Source of the DNA: a bacterium
Lineage (GTDB): Bacteria; Electryoneota; Electryoneia; Electryoneales; Electryoneaceae
DNA length: 64,000 nt
Assembly: GCA_963669175.1 (NCBI GenBank)
Contig: OY769902.1
Span: 3,776,001-3,840,000, forward strand
Direction: 5' to 3'
Position 1 is the first letter of the stretch; each line of letters begins with the position of its first letter. A program made the position numbers and the translations under genes. The notes beneath the pieces were generated by a model. The model was not told where the DNA came from and made no database searches. It saw only the letters and a program-made list of their open reading frames with translations. Shown here piece by piece: positions 30,572 to 40,509 of the stretch.

Positions 30572-31780
30572 TCACCCAGCCATCCGTCGCTGATCCCTGT
30601 ACTGCGAGGGTGTCAGCCCGGTGAATTTCTTGAAGAGGGCGTTAAAAGAGGATTTGGAGTTAAAACCGGCATCGAACGCAATCGCCAACACCTTGAGATT
30701 CTGCTTCCCCTGATCGAGAAGATCCTGCTTGACCTGTTCGACACGATACCCATTGATAAAATCGAAGAAATTCAATCCAAGGCGCGTATTGATCACTTCG
30801 GACAGATTATGCGGGGTCACATCCAACTGCGATGCAAGTTGATCCAGCGTTAAAGCCGGATCACGATACGGACATTCCTGCTGCATGATGCGAAGCAAAT
30901 CCGCCTTGATTCCCTCGGCACGTTCCTCACTCAACCCTGATTTTTCATACTTGCGGCTTCTGGCATCCTCGGATTCAGTTTCCACATGGATTGACGGGAC
31001 TGCCGGTCTCGCTTCTTCAATCGCTCTTGCCAGTGAGAACGAGCTGCTTACCTCCGGTTTGCAAAAGACTTCCGATTTGTACAGGGCAAGGTATCCGATT
31101 GCGTAAACACTGCCCGCTGTCAGAAACGAGGTCAAGGCAAAGTTTGGTGAGATATGCAGGTCGAAAAGCAATAACGCATTTTCCGACGCAAAGAAACCCA
31201 GCGTGACTGCAATTGACAGCGTCATGTTCCTCAGCCACGCCATGCGGACTGACGCCGTATTCGAGAACACCCGCTTGATACGTTCCCTGTGACGTTTCAG
31301 CAATCTTAATGACGCAAATACATACACATAGACATACGAAATAATGAGCCAGTTGAAAGGAACAAATCCCTCCACCATGCCGCTGGTCCCTTTGGCACCC
31401 ACAAATCCGGACAGATCGCCGACACCGGTTAGTATGTGTACAAATAGCCCGATTTCGACGAGGACAAAAGGAGTGAGATGGACCAAGTCGCGGGAGGTCA
31501 CACGTTCCGGGAGAAATACCATGGCGCGGACATAGAAATACAGCAGTGGCCCTGTCAGAAAGGTACACCCCAGCAGCAGGATTCCCAGCACCGGGCTATG
31601 TTCATACCAGTTCAAATCCTCGGCAGTCATGTCCACCAGGATCAACGAAAACATCAGGATAAGTGTGGCGATGAAACGGTTGGCATAGAGATCACCGTGC
31701 TTATGGAGGATCAACACCCCCAGAAGTACTCCCTGCCCGGCAGCCACAAGCATGACTATTTGAAGAAAATGTATGGACAT
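30572..31780 (-). CDS. Membrane-bound AraC-family transcriptional regulator
   Basis: About 7 N-terminal TM helices; C-terminal YRDPALTL..LA...HNLSEVIN...GFNSKSSFN..FKK.TG.TPSQYR. Confidence 0.93.
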   Translation of the reverse strand: MSIHFLQIVMLVAAGQGVLLGVLILHKHGDLYANRFIATLILMFSLILVDMTAEDLNWYEHSPVLGILLLGCTFLTGPLLYFYVRAMVFLPERVTSRDLVHLTPFVLVEIGLFVHILTGVGDLSGFVGAKGTSGMVEGFVPFNWLIISYVYVYVFASLRLLKRHRERIKRVFSNTASVRMAWLRNMTLSIAVTLGFFASENALLLFDLHISPNFALTSFLTAGSVYAIGYLALYKSEVFCKPEVSSSFSLARAIEEARPAVPSIHVETESEDARSRKYEKSGLSEERAEGIKADLLRIMQQECPYRDPALTLDQLASQLDVTPHNLSEVINTRLGLNFFDFINGYRVEQVKQDLLDQGKQNLKVLAIAFDAGFNSKSSFNALFKKFTGLTPSQYRDQRRMAG

Positions 31781-31958
31781 GAATAGCGCTTCTATCTTGA
31801 TGAATATCTGGATTCAGTATAGGTGAATTTGGCTATACACTGCAATGGTTTCAGGAATTTCAAGGCGAGAATAAAGGAAAATATAGCGATTCCCATTATT
31901 AGTCCGTCATATGGCCATGTGCTATATCAGTGAAATGTCAACTGAATTGTTGGAATAA

Positions 31959-32199
31959 AGGATATGGAAAAAGGGGACTGCCTCCTTTCCCTGGGGTAAA
32001 GCCTTCCCGCTGTGAACATGGACCGGGAATGGTGGCTGTACCCTTTTTCTTGAGAGCAGGCAGGAATTACACGGAAAAGGGGACAGTTTCTTTTCCAAAA
32101 GCAAGGCGATAGAGTTCAGGTTATAGCGAGAGGAAAAGGATCCCGTCCCCTTTTCCCGGCAATCTCTATTGTGACGGAATAAAATCAAGAACAGCTATA
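31959..32199 (+). mobile_element. ~240-bp dispersed non-coding element made of four REP-like hairpins (copy 1)
   Basis: Aligns by eye over its full length with the reverse complement of 52598-52837 (AGGATATGGAAAAAGGGGAC ... CGGAATAAAATC.AGAACAG.TATA). Confidence 0.75.
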
Positions 32200-32232
32200 C
32201 TATCCTGATGGAAAACACTGACGCTAACTTTG

Positions 32233-32443
32233 ACATCCAAGTGTTTCCTTGCAACAACTCCAACATCTAAGTGTTTCCTGTCAACAACTCCAACATCCAA
32301 GTGTTTCCTTGCAACAACTCCAACATCCAAGTGTTTCCTTGCAACAACTCCAACATCCAAGTGTTTCCTGTCAACAACTCCAACATCCAAGTGTTTCCTG
32401 TCAACAACTCCAACATCCAAGTGTTTCCTTGCAACAACTCCAA
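32233..32443. repeat. 30-bp tandem repeat x7
   Basis: Unit ACATCCAAGTGTTTCCT(TG/GT)CAACAACTCCA; no unique spacers. Confidence 0.95.
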
Positions 32444-32452
32444 AGGAGTACC

Positions 32453-32603
32453 AATAAACTCTGGGCTTTTAACTCCATCTTCCACGCAAGAAAATAGCCA
32501 ATCAAAAGCATACTCTCCGTCGAAGTACGAATAAACTCTGGGTTTTTACCCCCGTCTTCCATGCAAGATAATAACCAAATAAAAGCATACTCTCCGTCGG
32601 AGT
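32453..32603. repeat. 77-bp imperfect direct repeat x2
   Basis: AATAAACTCTGGG...AAAAGCATACTCTCCGTCG.AGT starting at 32453 and 32530. Confidence 0.85.
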
Positions 32604-32638
32604 CCCCAAAAACATATTCGGTGTATAATGTGGATTAC

Positions 32639-32676
32639 AAAAAAACACCGCATGAACCTATCGGCTCATGCGGTGT
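32639..32676 (-). terminator. dnaK intrinsic terminator
   Basis: ACACCGCATGA...TCATGCGGTGT with an A-run on the + strand (U-tract on the - strand). Confidence 0.8.
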
Positions 32677-32748
32677 GATCTATCGAGAATCCGCGCTATT
32701 GAACTGACTCAAATGGATCAATCCAATAGACAACGGGACGTTGCGAGG

Positions 32749-34686
32749 TTATTTTTTCTCGTCTTCGTCGTCGATGACTTCGTAGTCAGCGGTTTCCACA
32801 TCGGGCTCGTCCTTGCCGGAGTCGTCGCCTGCCGCGCCTGCACCACCCATATTGTTGGGATCGAAACCTTCAGCGCCGGGCTGGCCGCCTGCGGCTTCAT
32901 ACATCTTGGTGGAAGCTTCGCTCCAGGCCTTCGCCAAGGATTCATCAGCCGCCTTGATCGCATCCAGATCAGTACCCTTCAACGCTGTTTCCAGCTTCTC
33001 GACCTCTTCCTCGATCTTCTGCTTGAATTCTGCCGGGATCTTGTCGCCCAGTTCTTCAAGCTGCTTACGTGTCTGGTGCGCCTTGGCATCCGCGGAATTG
33101 CGCGTGTCTACTTCGTCACGACGCTGCTTGTCTTCATCAGCATGTTTCTTGGCTTCAGATTTCATCGCCTCGATCTCGTCCTTGGTCAGGCCGGAAGACG
33201 CTTCAATCTTGATGCTCTGTTCCTTGCCGGTGGCCTTGTCCTTCGCGGAGACGGACAGGATGCCGTTGGCGTCAATATCAAAGCTGACTTCGATCTGCGG
33301 TACACCACGTGGCGCCGGCGGGATTCCGGTCAACTGGAAGCGTCCGATAGTCTTGTTATCGCCTGCCATGGGACGTTCGCCCTGCAGCACGTGGATATCA
33401 ACCGTGGTCTGGCTGTCAGACGCGGTTGAGAAGACTTCCTGCCGACGGGTCGGGATCGTGGTGTTCGCTTCAATCAAGCGGGTCATGACACCACCCAGGG
33501 TCTCGATACCCAAGGACAACGGGGTCACGTCCAGCAGGACCACATCCTGCACATCACCGGTCATGATACCGCCCTGAATCGCCGCGCCGATGGCGACAAC
33601 TTCGTCCGGGTTCACGCCCTTATGCGGTTTCCTGCCGAAGAACTTCTCGACCATTTCCTGGATCACGGGGATACGTGTCGAACCACCGACCAGGATAACT
33701 TCGTTGACATCGCCCGGCTTCATGCGCGCATCTTTGAGCGCCTTCTTGCAGGGTTCGATGGAACGCTGCACCAGGTCATCCACCATGGCCTCAAACTTGG
33801 CACGGCTCAAGGTCATGTCAAGGTGCTTCGGACCTTCCTGGGTCGCCGTGATAAACGGCAGGTTGATTTGGGTCTGTGTGCTGGAAGAAAGCTCGATCTT
33901 GGCCTTTTCAGCGGCTTCTTTCAAACGCTGCAACGCCATCTTGTCCTTCTTCAGGTCGATGCCGTTTTCCTTCTTGAACTCTTCGGCCAGCCAGTCGATG
34001 ATACGCTGGTCAAAGTCATCACCGCCCAAATGTGTGTCGCCATTGGTCGATTTTACTTCGAAAACACCATCACCGATATCGAGGATGGAGATATCAAAGG
34101 TACCGCCGCCAAGGTCATACACCGCGACCTTCTCATCTTTCTTCTTGTCCAGACCGTACGCCAACGCCGCCGCGGTCGGCTCGTTGATGATACGTTCTAC
34201 CTTCAGCCCGGCGATCTCACCGGCGTCCTTGGTTGCCTGACGCTGTGAATCGTTGAAGTATGCCGGAACCGTGATCACCGCGCTGGTGACCTTTTCGCCA
34301 AGATAATCTTCTGCAGACTGCTTCATCTTCTGCAGGACCATCGCGCTGATTTCTGGCGGGGTGTAACTCTTGTCATCTATTTTTACCTGCGCCAGTCCGT
34401 TGGAACCATTCATGACCTCATAAGGCACAGATTCAATTTCCGATCCTACTTCCTGCCGCTTCCGGCCCATGAACCGCTTGATCGAGAAAATGGTCTTCTC
34501 GGGGTTGGTGATCGCCTGACGTTTGGCGGGTGCGCCAACCAGACGTTCGCCGGACTTGGTAAAGGCTACGACGGATGGAGTTGTACGTGCGCCTTCTGCG
34601 TTCTGGATAACCGTAGGTTCGCCACCCTCCATCACTGCTACGCAGGAGTTGGTCGTGCCCAGGTCAATTCCAATTACCTTACCCAT
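32749..34686 (-). CDS. dnaK: Molecular chaperone DnaK (Hsp70)
   Basis: [52 protein letters not shown]. Confidence 0.99.
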   Translation of the reverse strand: MGKVIGIDLGTTNSCVAVMEGGEPTVIQNAEGARTTPSVVAFTKSGERLVGAPAKRQAITNPEKTIFSIKRFMGRKRQEVGSEIESVPYEVMNGSNGLAQVKIDDKSYTPPEISAMVLQKMKQSAEDYLGEKVTSAVITVPAYFNDSQRQATKDAGEIAGLKVERIINEPTAAALAYGLDKKKDEKVAVYDLGGGTFDISILDIGDGVFEVKSTNGDTHLGGDDFDQRIIDWLAEEFKKENGIDLKKDKMALQRLKEAAEKAKIELSSSTQTQINLPFITATQEGPKHLDMTLSRAKFEAMVDDLVQRSIEPCKKALKDARMKPGDVNEVILVGGSTRIPVIQEMVEKFFGRKPHKGVNPDEVVAIGAAIQGGIMTGDVQDVVLLDVTPLSLGIETLGGVMTRLIEANTTIPTRRQEVFSTASDSQTTVDIHVLQGERPMAGDNKTIGRFQLTGIPPAPRGVPQIEVSFDIDANGILSVSAKDKATGKEQSIKIEASSGLTKDEIEAMKSEAKKHADEDKQRRDEVDTRNSADAKAHQTRKQLEELGDKIPAEFKQKIEEEVEKLETALKGTDLDAIKAADESLAKAWSEASTKMYEAAGGQPGAEGFDPNNMGGAGAAGDDSGKDEPDVETADYEVIDDEDEKK

Positions 34687-34746
34687 GGTTGTTACCCTCA
34701 TGTATTTTTGTTCAAGTTTACGCGTTTTGACGTTCGCAAAAACGGT

Positions 34747-34763
34747 ATGCAAGGGGTGTGCCA
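34747..34763 (-). promoter_or_regulatory. Sigma-54 promoter of dnaK
   Basis: Minus strand TGGCAC-ACCCC-TTGCAT is a perfect -24/-12 consensus about 60 bp upstream of the ATG. Confidence 0.8.
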
Positions 34764-35074
34764 TGTTGGTTTATCAGCGTCGTTTCAAGGGATGGGATTG
34801 GAGGCGAAACTTCACAAGACGGAATTCACAAACCGCTAATTGGCGTTTATACTGGCGAGTATGGTTTTCTTACCCATGTACACGTCTGTGAGATTGCACA
34901 TTCAGGATGTTATTTGACCGCAATTTGTTATAAATCAGAAAAGCTGTCCTTACCAAACTACCTGCCATTCTTCTGCCATATTGACAGAAATACATTCTAT
35001 AATCTATTGTTTTGTTATGATTTACATTCATCTCCACAAAGAACCTGTCCAGTACTAATCCATAATACAGTTGT

Positions 35075-35116
35075 TTATCCTTGGCATCCTTCTCATCCTG
35101 TCTATCCTGTAAATTC
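35075..35116 (-). repeat. GAATTTACAGGAT 9-mer repeat module, copy 3
   Basis: Reverse complement reads GAATTTACAGGATAGACAGGATGAGAAGGATGCCAAGGATAA. Confidence 0.7.
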
Positions 35117-35145
35117 AATCGAGATAAAATTCAACTCGTAAAATC

Positions 35146-35748
35146 TCAGATTGTATCCAACAGGGATCTTGCAGCATCTACTCCCGGTGCATTCAGCCGA
35201 TCACGCATGGTATCAAGCAATTTGTTCAACATCTCCATATTCGCGCCAACCCGAAGTGAACCGCGCAAATGACTGTGTAATTGACGGGGACGTTGTTTGA
35301 CTGTCAAAACCGCAACATTAACCAGCTCACGTTCGCGTGTGTCCAGAATCCCACGTGACAACACCTTGCCATACCCTTCAACAATCATCCACCGTGCCAA
35401 CTCTGGTGTAGCGGCACGTGCATTCGCCTGCAACTTGCCTGATACATTGCCATAAATCTTCTGGTACAGTTCCCAACCTCGTTCCTGCCAGGTTTCCCAC
35501 TCGGCAAAGTCCCCTTCCTCCACAGGTTCCGGTGTGCCGGGCCAAACCTTCGCCAGCAGGACCATGCCCTCCAGCGCTGTCGGATACCCATCGAAGAGAT
35601 AAGTTTGCAGGATAGCTTCACGTATGGCCTCACGTTCAACTCCCGCATCACGCGACTCTGCAATGATTTTTTCCGCTTCACTATCCTGTTGCAGTACAAG
35701 TGCGGCAGCGAGAGTAGCAATCTGAATGGTATTGGTATCGGTAGACAT
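35146..35748 (-). CDS. Carboxymuconolactone decarboxylase/AhpD-like family protein
   Basis: EAILQTYLFDGYP, YGKVLSRGILDTRERELVNVAVL...QLHSHLRGSLRVG. Confidence 0.85.
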   Translation of the reverse strand: MSTDTNTIQIATLAAALVLQQDSEAEKIIAESRDAGVEREAIREAILQTYLFDGYPTALEGMVLLAKVWPGTPEPVEEGDFAEWETWQERGWELYQKIYGNVSGKLQANARAATPELARWMIVEGYGKVLSRGILDTRERELVNVAVLTVKQRPRQLHSHLRGSLRVGANMEMLNKLLDTMRDRLNAPGVDAARSLLDTI

Positions 35749-35935
35749 GGTTTCCTCTGTTTGTCGGCGTGAACCTACGTTTTTCCAATGGCATTTTCCA
35801 GTGTGAAGTATCATATTCTGGAGTTGGAGGTTCGTCTCGAAGAGCGCCGAGACGGCTGCGACCTGTTCTCGCCGGAGAGCGTCTTGTGGTTGAACCGCAA
35901 AGATATTCACCGGTGAGGTTCACTGGAAAGGCGCC

Positions 35936-36451
35936 ATGGATTTTGAACAGTTGGTAAAACCGGTCTACCCGGAACTGCTACGCTACGCTCGTGCGATGGC
36001 GGGCTCGGTTTCCGATGGGGATGATCTGCTGCAGACCGCCTTAATCAAGGGCTGGCGTGGACTGAAAAGCCTGCGTGATGAAGCCGGGTTCAAGGTCTGG
36101 ATGCTGCGAATCCTGCGGAACACCTACCGCAGCCAGAAACGAAAAAAGTGGCTGCGAAACCTGGTATCGCTGGAAGCTGTCGGTGACAAAGCGGCAGACA
36201 CATCGCTTCCCTTCGAAGAGAAGGAAGCTGTAAGGCTGGCTCTGCAGGGATTACCAGCTCAGCAACGGGAAGCGGTGGTGTTGTTCGAAGTTCTTGGGCT
36301 CAGTGTAAACGAAGTCGCATCCGTACAAAAGGCAAGTCCGTCCGCTGTAAAAAGCCGTCTGTCACGAGGACGCGCGAAATTGCGAGAACGGTACCTGGCA
36401 CTAACTGAAGAGGAGACTGGACATGAAGGAAAAATTGCCCAGGCAAGTTGA
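35936..36451 (+). CDS. ECF RNA polymerase sigma factor
   Basis: DDLLQ...FKVWMLRILRN (region 2); LPAQQREAVVL...VKSRLSRGRAKL (region 4). Confidence 0.92.
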   Translation: MDFEQLVKPVYPELLRYARAMAGSVSDGDDLLQTALIKGWRGLKSLRDEAGFKVWMLRILRNTYRSQKRKKWLRNLVSLEAVGDKAADTSLPFEEKEAVRLALQGLPAQQREAVVLFEVLGLSVNEVASVQKASPSAVKSRLSRGRAKLRERYLALTEEETGHEGKIAQAS

Positions 36452-37208
36452 GCGGGGACTCCAGGACCTCGCGACAGAAGAGCCGGAACCGTTTCACTAT
36501 GAGCGTACCATGACACGGGTAAAAGCGGCGGCCTCCAACTCGAGGAGAGAACGAACCATGAAGACCCTGATCAGTACAGCCGTAGGTTTCGGTGTTGTGG
36601 CCGCCATATTCCTGGCCCTGGTATTCATCCCGGCAACCTATACAGTAACGCTTGGAAGCATTGTAACCGTACAACTTCCTACTCTTGAAATCCCACAGGA
36701 TGAGATCCTTTCTGCTACAGCAGGCATTGAAGGGGTCACATCCAGCACAATCAGCATGACTAACGACCAGCTTCAGCTCAATTTCGCTTTTAACGGTGTT
36801 GAGAAAAAAGAAGCGGAGAAACGTATTCGTACTGCCATGACCGACCTGGTCAGCGATGTAAACTCCTTGACCATGACCTCTGACAACGTGACCGTGGAAG
36901 CGGGCGGCAACGCTCTTGCAGCCTTGACTGGCGGTCATATCACCATTAACGCTCGTGGCATGAATGACGAAGAAATTGAAGCCGCCATTGTTGCAGAGCT
37001 TCAAGCTCATCTTGGCGCTGGTGGCAGCTATTATGTGGATGTCAACAGCAATGAAAGCGGCGAGATGACAATTCAGATCGAAGCGACAGCCGGGCCAGGT
37101 GAAGACCTTCCGGAAGAGTTTCAAATCAATGTTGAAGCTGGTGATGTCCCGTCGAATGGGCAGCGTCGGGTCGAACGCCGGATCATACATGAAACAGAAG
37201 ATGAGTAA
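36423..37208 (+). CDS. Putative membrane-anchored anti-sigma factor
   Basis: Overlaps the sigma gene; short cytoplasmic N-terminus, one TM helix, acidic extracytoplasmic domain. Confidence 0.65.
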   Translation: MKEKLPRQVERGLQDLATEEPEPFHYERTMTRVKAAASNSRRERTMKTLISTAVGFGVVAAIFLALVFIPATYTVTLGSIVTVQLPTLEIPQDEILSATAGIEGVTSSTISMTNDQLQLNFAFNGVEKKEAEKRIRTAMTDLVSDVNSLTMTSDNVTVEAGGNALAALTGGHITINARGMNDEEIEAAIVAELQAHLGAGGSYYVDVNSNESGEMTIQIEATAGPGEDLPEEFQINVEAGDVPSNGQRRVERRIIHETEDE

Positions 37209-37236
37209 AGTCTTCCTTTAGACTCTCATCAACCGG

Positions 37237-37272
37237 AAAACGGGCGCTCACGCAAGTGAACGCCCGTTTTTT
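37237..37272. terminator. Bidirectional intrinsic terminator
   Basis: AAAACGGGCG.TCAC-gcaa-GTGA.CGCCCGTTTTTT between convergent genes. Confidence 0.85.
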
Positions 37273-37396
37273 CTTTACTGATCTTCCAAACCATGTCATC
37301 CCCGCCTTGTACGCCGAGGTGTATTGACCGGGAATCTCGTCATATTACTGGCGGAACCCAGCCGGACAGATGCCGAAAGGCGCACAAATGGCCGGG

Positions 37397-38284
37397 CTAC
37401 TTCTGCATCCAGTCCGCCGCCTTGACAGTACTCTTCATCAGCATGGCGACTGTCATGGGACCAACTCCGCCGGGAACCGGGGTGATATACGAAGCGCGTT
37501 CTTTCGCGACATTAAACTCGACATCTCCAACCAGGCGATACCCACGTTTCTTTGTAGCGTCTTCCACACGGTTCACGCCCACATCAATCACCACCGCCCC
37601 TTCCTTGATCCAGTCCCCTTTGACAAACTGAGGTGAACCGATGGCGGCAATCACGATATCTGCGGAACGAACCATCTCCGGCAGGTTCTGGGTACGGCTA
37701 TGGCAAATAGTAACCGTTGCATTAGCGCCTTTCGCTTTCTGTTTCAGGAGGAGCGCCATCGGAGTGCCGACAATATGGCTGCGACCGATAACCACCGCAT
37801 GCTTGCCCGAGGGATCGATGTTGTAGCGGTTCAGCAATTCCATGATACCCAACGGGGTACACGCGACAAAACGTGGCTGTTCCAGCGCCAGCAACCCGAC
37901 ATTGTACGGATGGAACCCGTCCACGTCCTTTTCCGGGCGAATAGCTCGAACGACTTCATCCTCATCAAGATGCTTCGGAACTGGCGATTGTACCAGGAGA
38001 CCGTGAAAACGGGTATCCTCGTTTATTTCGTTGACTCGCCTGAGTAGTTCTTCCTGCGTCGTGTCTTCCGGCATCTGCATTACGAGCGACAGAATTCCCA
38101 GCTCTTCACAGGCCTTCTGTTTCATACCGACATATACTTTGGATGCCGGATCGGATCCCACAAGAATCAACGCCAATCCTGGTTGATACCCATTGGCGAT
38201 CCGTTTCGCAACTTCTTCCTTCAGTTCCGCACGAAGATCTGCGGCGACCTGCTTCCCATCTATAATGTTTCCAAGAGTAGGCAT
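37397..38284 (-). CDS. folD: Methylenetetrahydrofolate dehydrogenase/cyclohydrolase
   Basis: [37 protein letters not shown]. Confidence 0.97.
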   Translation of the reverse strand: MPTLGNIIDGKQVAADLRAELKEEVAKRIANGYQPGLALILVGSDPASKVYVGMKQKACEELGILSLVMQMPEDTTQEELLRRVNEINEDTRFHGLLVQSPVPKHLDEDEVVRAIRPEKDVDGFHPYNVGLLALEQPRFVACTPLGIMELLNRYNIDPSGKHAVVIGRSHIVGTPMALLLKQKAKGANATVTICHSRTQNLPEMVRSADIVIAAIGSPQFVKGDWIKEGAVVIDVGVNRVEDATKKRGYRLVGDVEFNVAKERASYITPVPGGVGPMTVAMLMKSTVKAADWMQK

Positions 38285-38285
38285 G

Positions 38286-39248
38286 TTACCTCCCGTTTTC
38301 CTGTTCCCGTGTTCCTTCAAATCCGGCCAGATAGGGTTGTGAATAGAGATAGAACACCATGTAGTCAAAAACCAGGTCCGGCCAGGGTAATGTGGGCGCT
38401 TTTATATAGCACCATTTTACAAGTTGATATAGATAGGGGTTCAGTAGCGCTCGTACAACAGCACGGCGAGCCTCCTTTTTTACCCCCTCCTGCCTGTCAA
38501 GAATAGAAAGTGTAAGTAAGTCCTTTATTTCCGGGTGCAGGGAAATCAACTTCGGGACAGTCATCTTCCCGTATTCCCTGTATCGCCCTTCTGCCTTCAG
38601 CCAGGTTATATCATGTGAATGCAACACCCAGGCACGAGGATCATAGTGTAAAGCCGCACCGGCCTTCTCGAACCGTATCCCCAGCTCGAGGTCTTCACCG
38701 CCCCACGATGAAATATCGGCGTTAAAACCACCGGTACGTTCCAGCAGCGAACGAGGCACAGCCGAGGTGCAGGTAGTGAAGTACTTTCCGGGCACACGTT
38801 CGCCGAAGTTATGCTTTGCAGCGCCACGTGTATGGTAGTATTTCAGATACGCAGTCAGGTTCATGTCCGGATGCGGTATCAGCCTGCCCACGATAACACC
38901 GCCACTTTCTCGAACCCCACGGACCAGGGTTTCAATCCATAACCGGTTCGCCTGGGTATCGGCATCCAGAAACCCGATGATGTCGCTTTTGGCTGCTTCG
39001 ATCCCACGGTTCCGTACCCTGGCCCGTCCCTCATGAGTCGGGGCTTGAATAAAATGAAGTCGAAACGGCAGACTCTCTGGTTTGGTCACCCACTCAGGCA
39101 AGGGCTTCGTACTGGCATCGTCAATGATGATCCACTCATACCTGTCTTCAGGCCATGATTGCACAACCAAGCTGTCCCGTAAACGAGTCAGGTTTTCCGA
39201 ATCGTTCCGGTGGGCTGTTACTATGCTTATGTCGTATGTTTTGGGCAT
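38286..39248 (-). CDS. Glycosyltransferase family 2
   Basis: [23 protein letters not shown]...WGGEDLELG. Confidence 0.9.
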   Translation of the reverse strand: MPKTYDISIVTAHRNDSENLTRLRDSLVVQSWPEDRYEWIIIDDASTKPLPEWVTKPESLPFRLHFIQAPTHEGRARVRNRGIEAAKSDIIGFLDADTQANRLWIETLVRGVRESGGVIVGRLIPHPDMNLTAYLKYYHTRGAAKHNFGERVPGKYFTTCTSAVPRSLLERTGGFNADISSWGGEDLELGIRFEKAGAALHYDPRAWVLHSHDITWLKAEGRYREYGKMTVPKLISLHPEIKDLLTLSILDRQEGVKKEARRAVVRALLNPYLYQLVKWCYIKAPTLPWPDLVFDYMVFYLYSQPYLAGFEGTREQENGR

Positions 39249-39254
39249 CTTTGT

Positions 39255-39332
39255 AAGTTGGAAAGTTGAAAAGTTCTAAAGTTGTAAAGTTATAAAGTTG
39301 TAAAGTTGTAAAGTTGTAAAGTTGTAAAGTTG
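39255..39332. repeat. Octamer tandem repeat (AAAGTTGT)n
   Basis: About 9 degenerate copies directly upstream of the GT2 start codon. Confidence 0.85.
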
Positions 39333-39392
39333 ATCAATATAAAAACTCATCTACAGCCAAAGCACAACAAGCTCTATCCAAATCTTCTTTTC

Positions 39393-39463
39393 AATTCTTA
39401 ATTCTTAATTTTTAATTCTTAATTCCAGAGAAATTCCTAATTCCTAATTACTAATTCCTAATT
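39393..39463. repeat. Heptamer tandem repeats TAATTC(C/T)
   Basis: Two runs directly after the galT stop; same unit as 19586-19618. Confidence 0.8.
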
Positions 39464-39468
39464 AAGCA

Positions 39469-40497
39469 TCACACTTTCATTGCCTTCAAGTATTCCGCCG
39501 CCTGCTCCGGGGCCATGGGATTAATATACAGTCCGGTCCCCAGTTCGAAGCCGGCGTAACTGCCCAGGCGTGGCACAATTTCAATATGCCAGTGCCAGTC
39601 ATAGGGAACAGTTTTCCAGCGTGTTGGCTGTGGTTCAAAGGTTTCCATGTTGGGGCAATTGTGCAGCATCAGGTTGTATGGAGGATCTTCCAGGCCGATA
39701 GCCATTCTTTGCAGAGCTTCCTGCAATACTTCCGCCAGTTGCTGAAGGTCATCATAGCCGGTATTACGGTAGTCGCAAGAATGGTAACGTGGCATGACAG
39801 TCATCTCGAAGGGCGAACGGCTGGCGTATGGCACAAAGGCAATGAATCGGTCCCGTTCGACAACAATCCTGCGGTTTTCACGCAATTCCTGCTTCATGAT
39901 ATCGCAAAACAGGCAGCGTTCCTTGTCCTCGAAATATTTGCCCGCAGAATCCATTTCCACAGCTATCAATTGTGGCGTAATGGGTAATGCGACAATCTGC
40001 GAATGCGGATGGGACATGCTCGCCCCAGCACGGTTCCCATGATTCCGGAAGACAAGCACATAGCGGAAACGGCGATCGCGCATCAAGTCGATCAACCGTT
40101 CCCGCCATGCCTTCAACACATCCACCACCTGGCTGGTCGGCATGCTGGCAAAGTCATCCGTTGGGTTGGGTGACTCCACCACCAGTTCATGTGCGCCGAC
40201 ACCGTTCAAGCGGTCATATACCCCGATCCCCTCACGGTCCAGGCTTCCCTCGACCTTGAGTACCGGGTATTTATTGGGCATCACTCGTAGCGTCCAACCA
40301 GGCTGGTTCGGTTTACTGTTCTTATCCCGAACCGCGTAAATCTCCGGCATGGTCTCCCCTTCCCTGCCGGGCAGGAAAGGATTGTCATCGTCATTGATTT
40401 CAGGTTTGGCTTCAATGAAATCCGATGGTCGCCGGGTTCGTTGCGGTGCGATAATCACATACCGGCGCTGCACCGGGTCATGACGCATTTCGGGCAC
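39469..40497 (-). CDS. galT: Galactose-1-phosphate uridylyltransferase family protein
   Basis: NKYP, GASMSHPHSQ (HxH motif), CLFC, WHIEIVPR...GFELGTG. Confidence 0.9.
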   Translation of the reverse strand: MPEMRHDPVQRRYVIIAPQRTRRPSDFIEAKPEINDDDNPFLPGREGETMPEIYAVRDKNSKPNQPGWTLRVMPNKYPVLKVEGSLDREGIGVYDRLNGVGAHELVVESPNPTDDFASMPTSQVVDVLKAWRERLIDLMRDRRFRYVLVFRNHGNRAGASMSHPHSQIVALPITPQLIAVEMDSAGKYFEDKERCLFCDIMKQELRENRRIVVERDRFIAFVPYASRSPFEMTVMPRYHSCDYRNTGYDDLQQLAEVLQEALQRMAIGLEDPPYNLMLHNCPNMETFEPQPTRWKTVPYDWHWHIEIVPRLGSYAGFELGTGLYINPMAPEQAAEYLKAMKV

Positions 40498-40509
40498 GAT
40501 ACCCCCTTG

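Noticed and set aside
32166-32534. Repeat-peptide ORFs (also 60466-60788, 31922-32188, 52577-52900)
   Set aside because: Open frames are a by-product of tandem or REP repeats; no RBS or protein-like composition.
32668-34248. Long + strand ORFs opposite dnaK
   Set aside because: Well-known antisense shadow ORFs of hsp70 genes caused by codon bias.
34981-35003. TTGACA...TATAAT sigma70 promoter
   Set aside because: The spacer is only 11 bp and it points away from any + strand gene.
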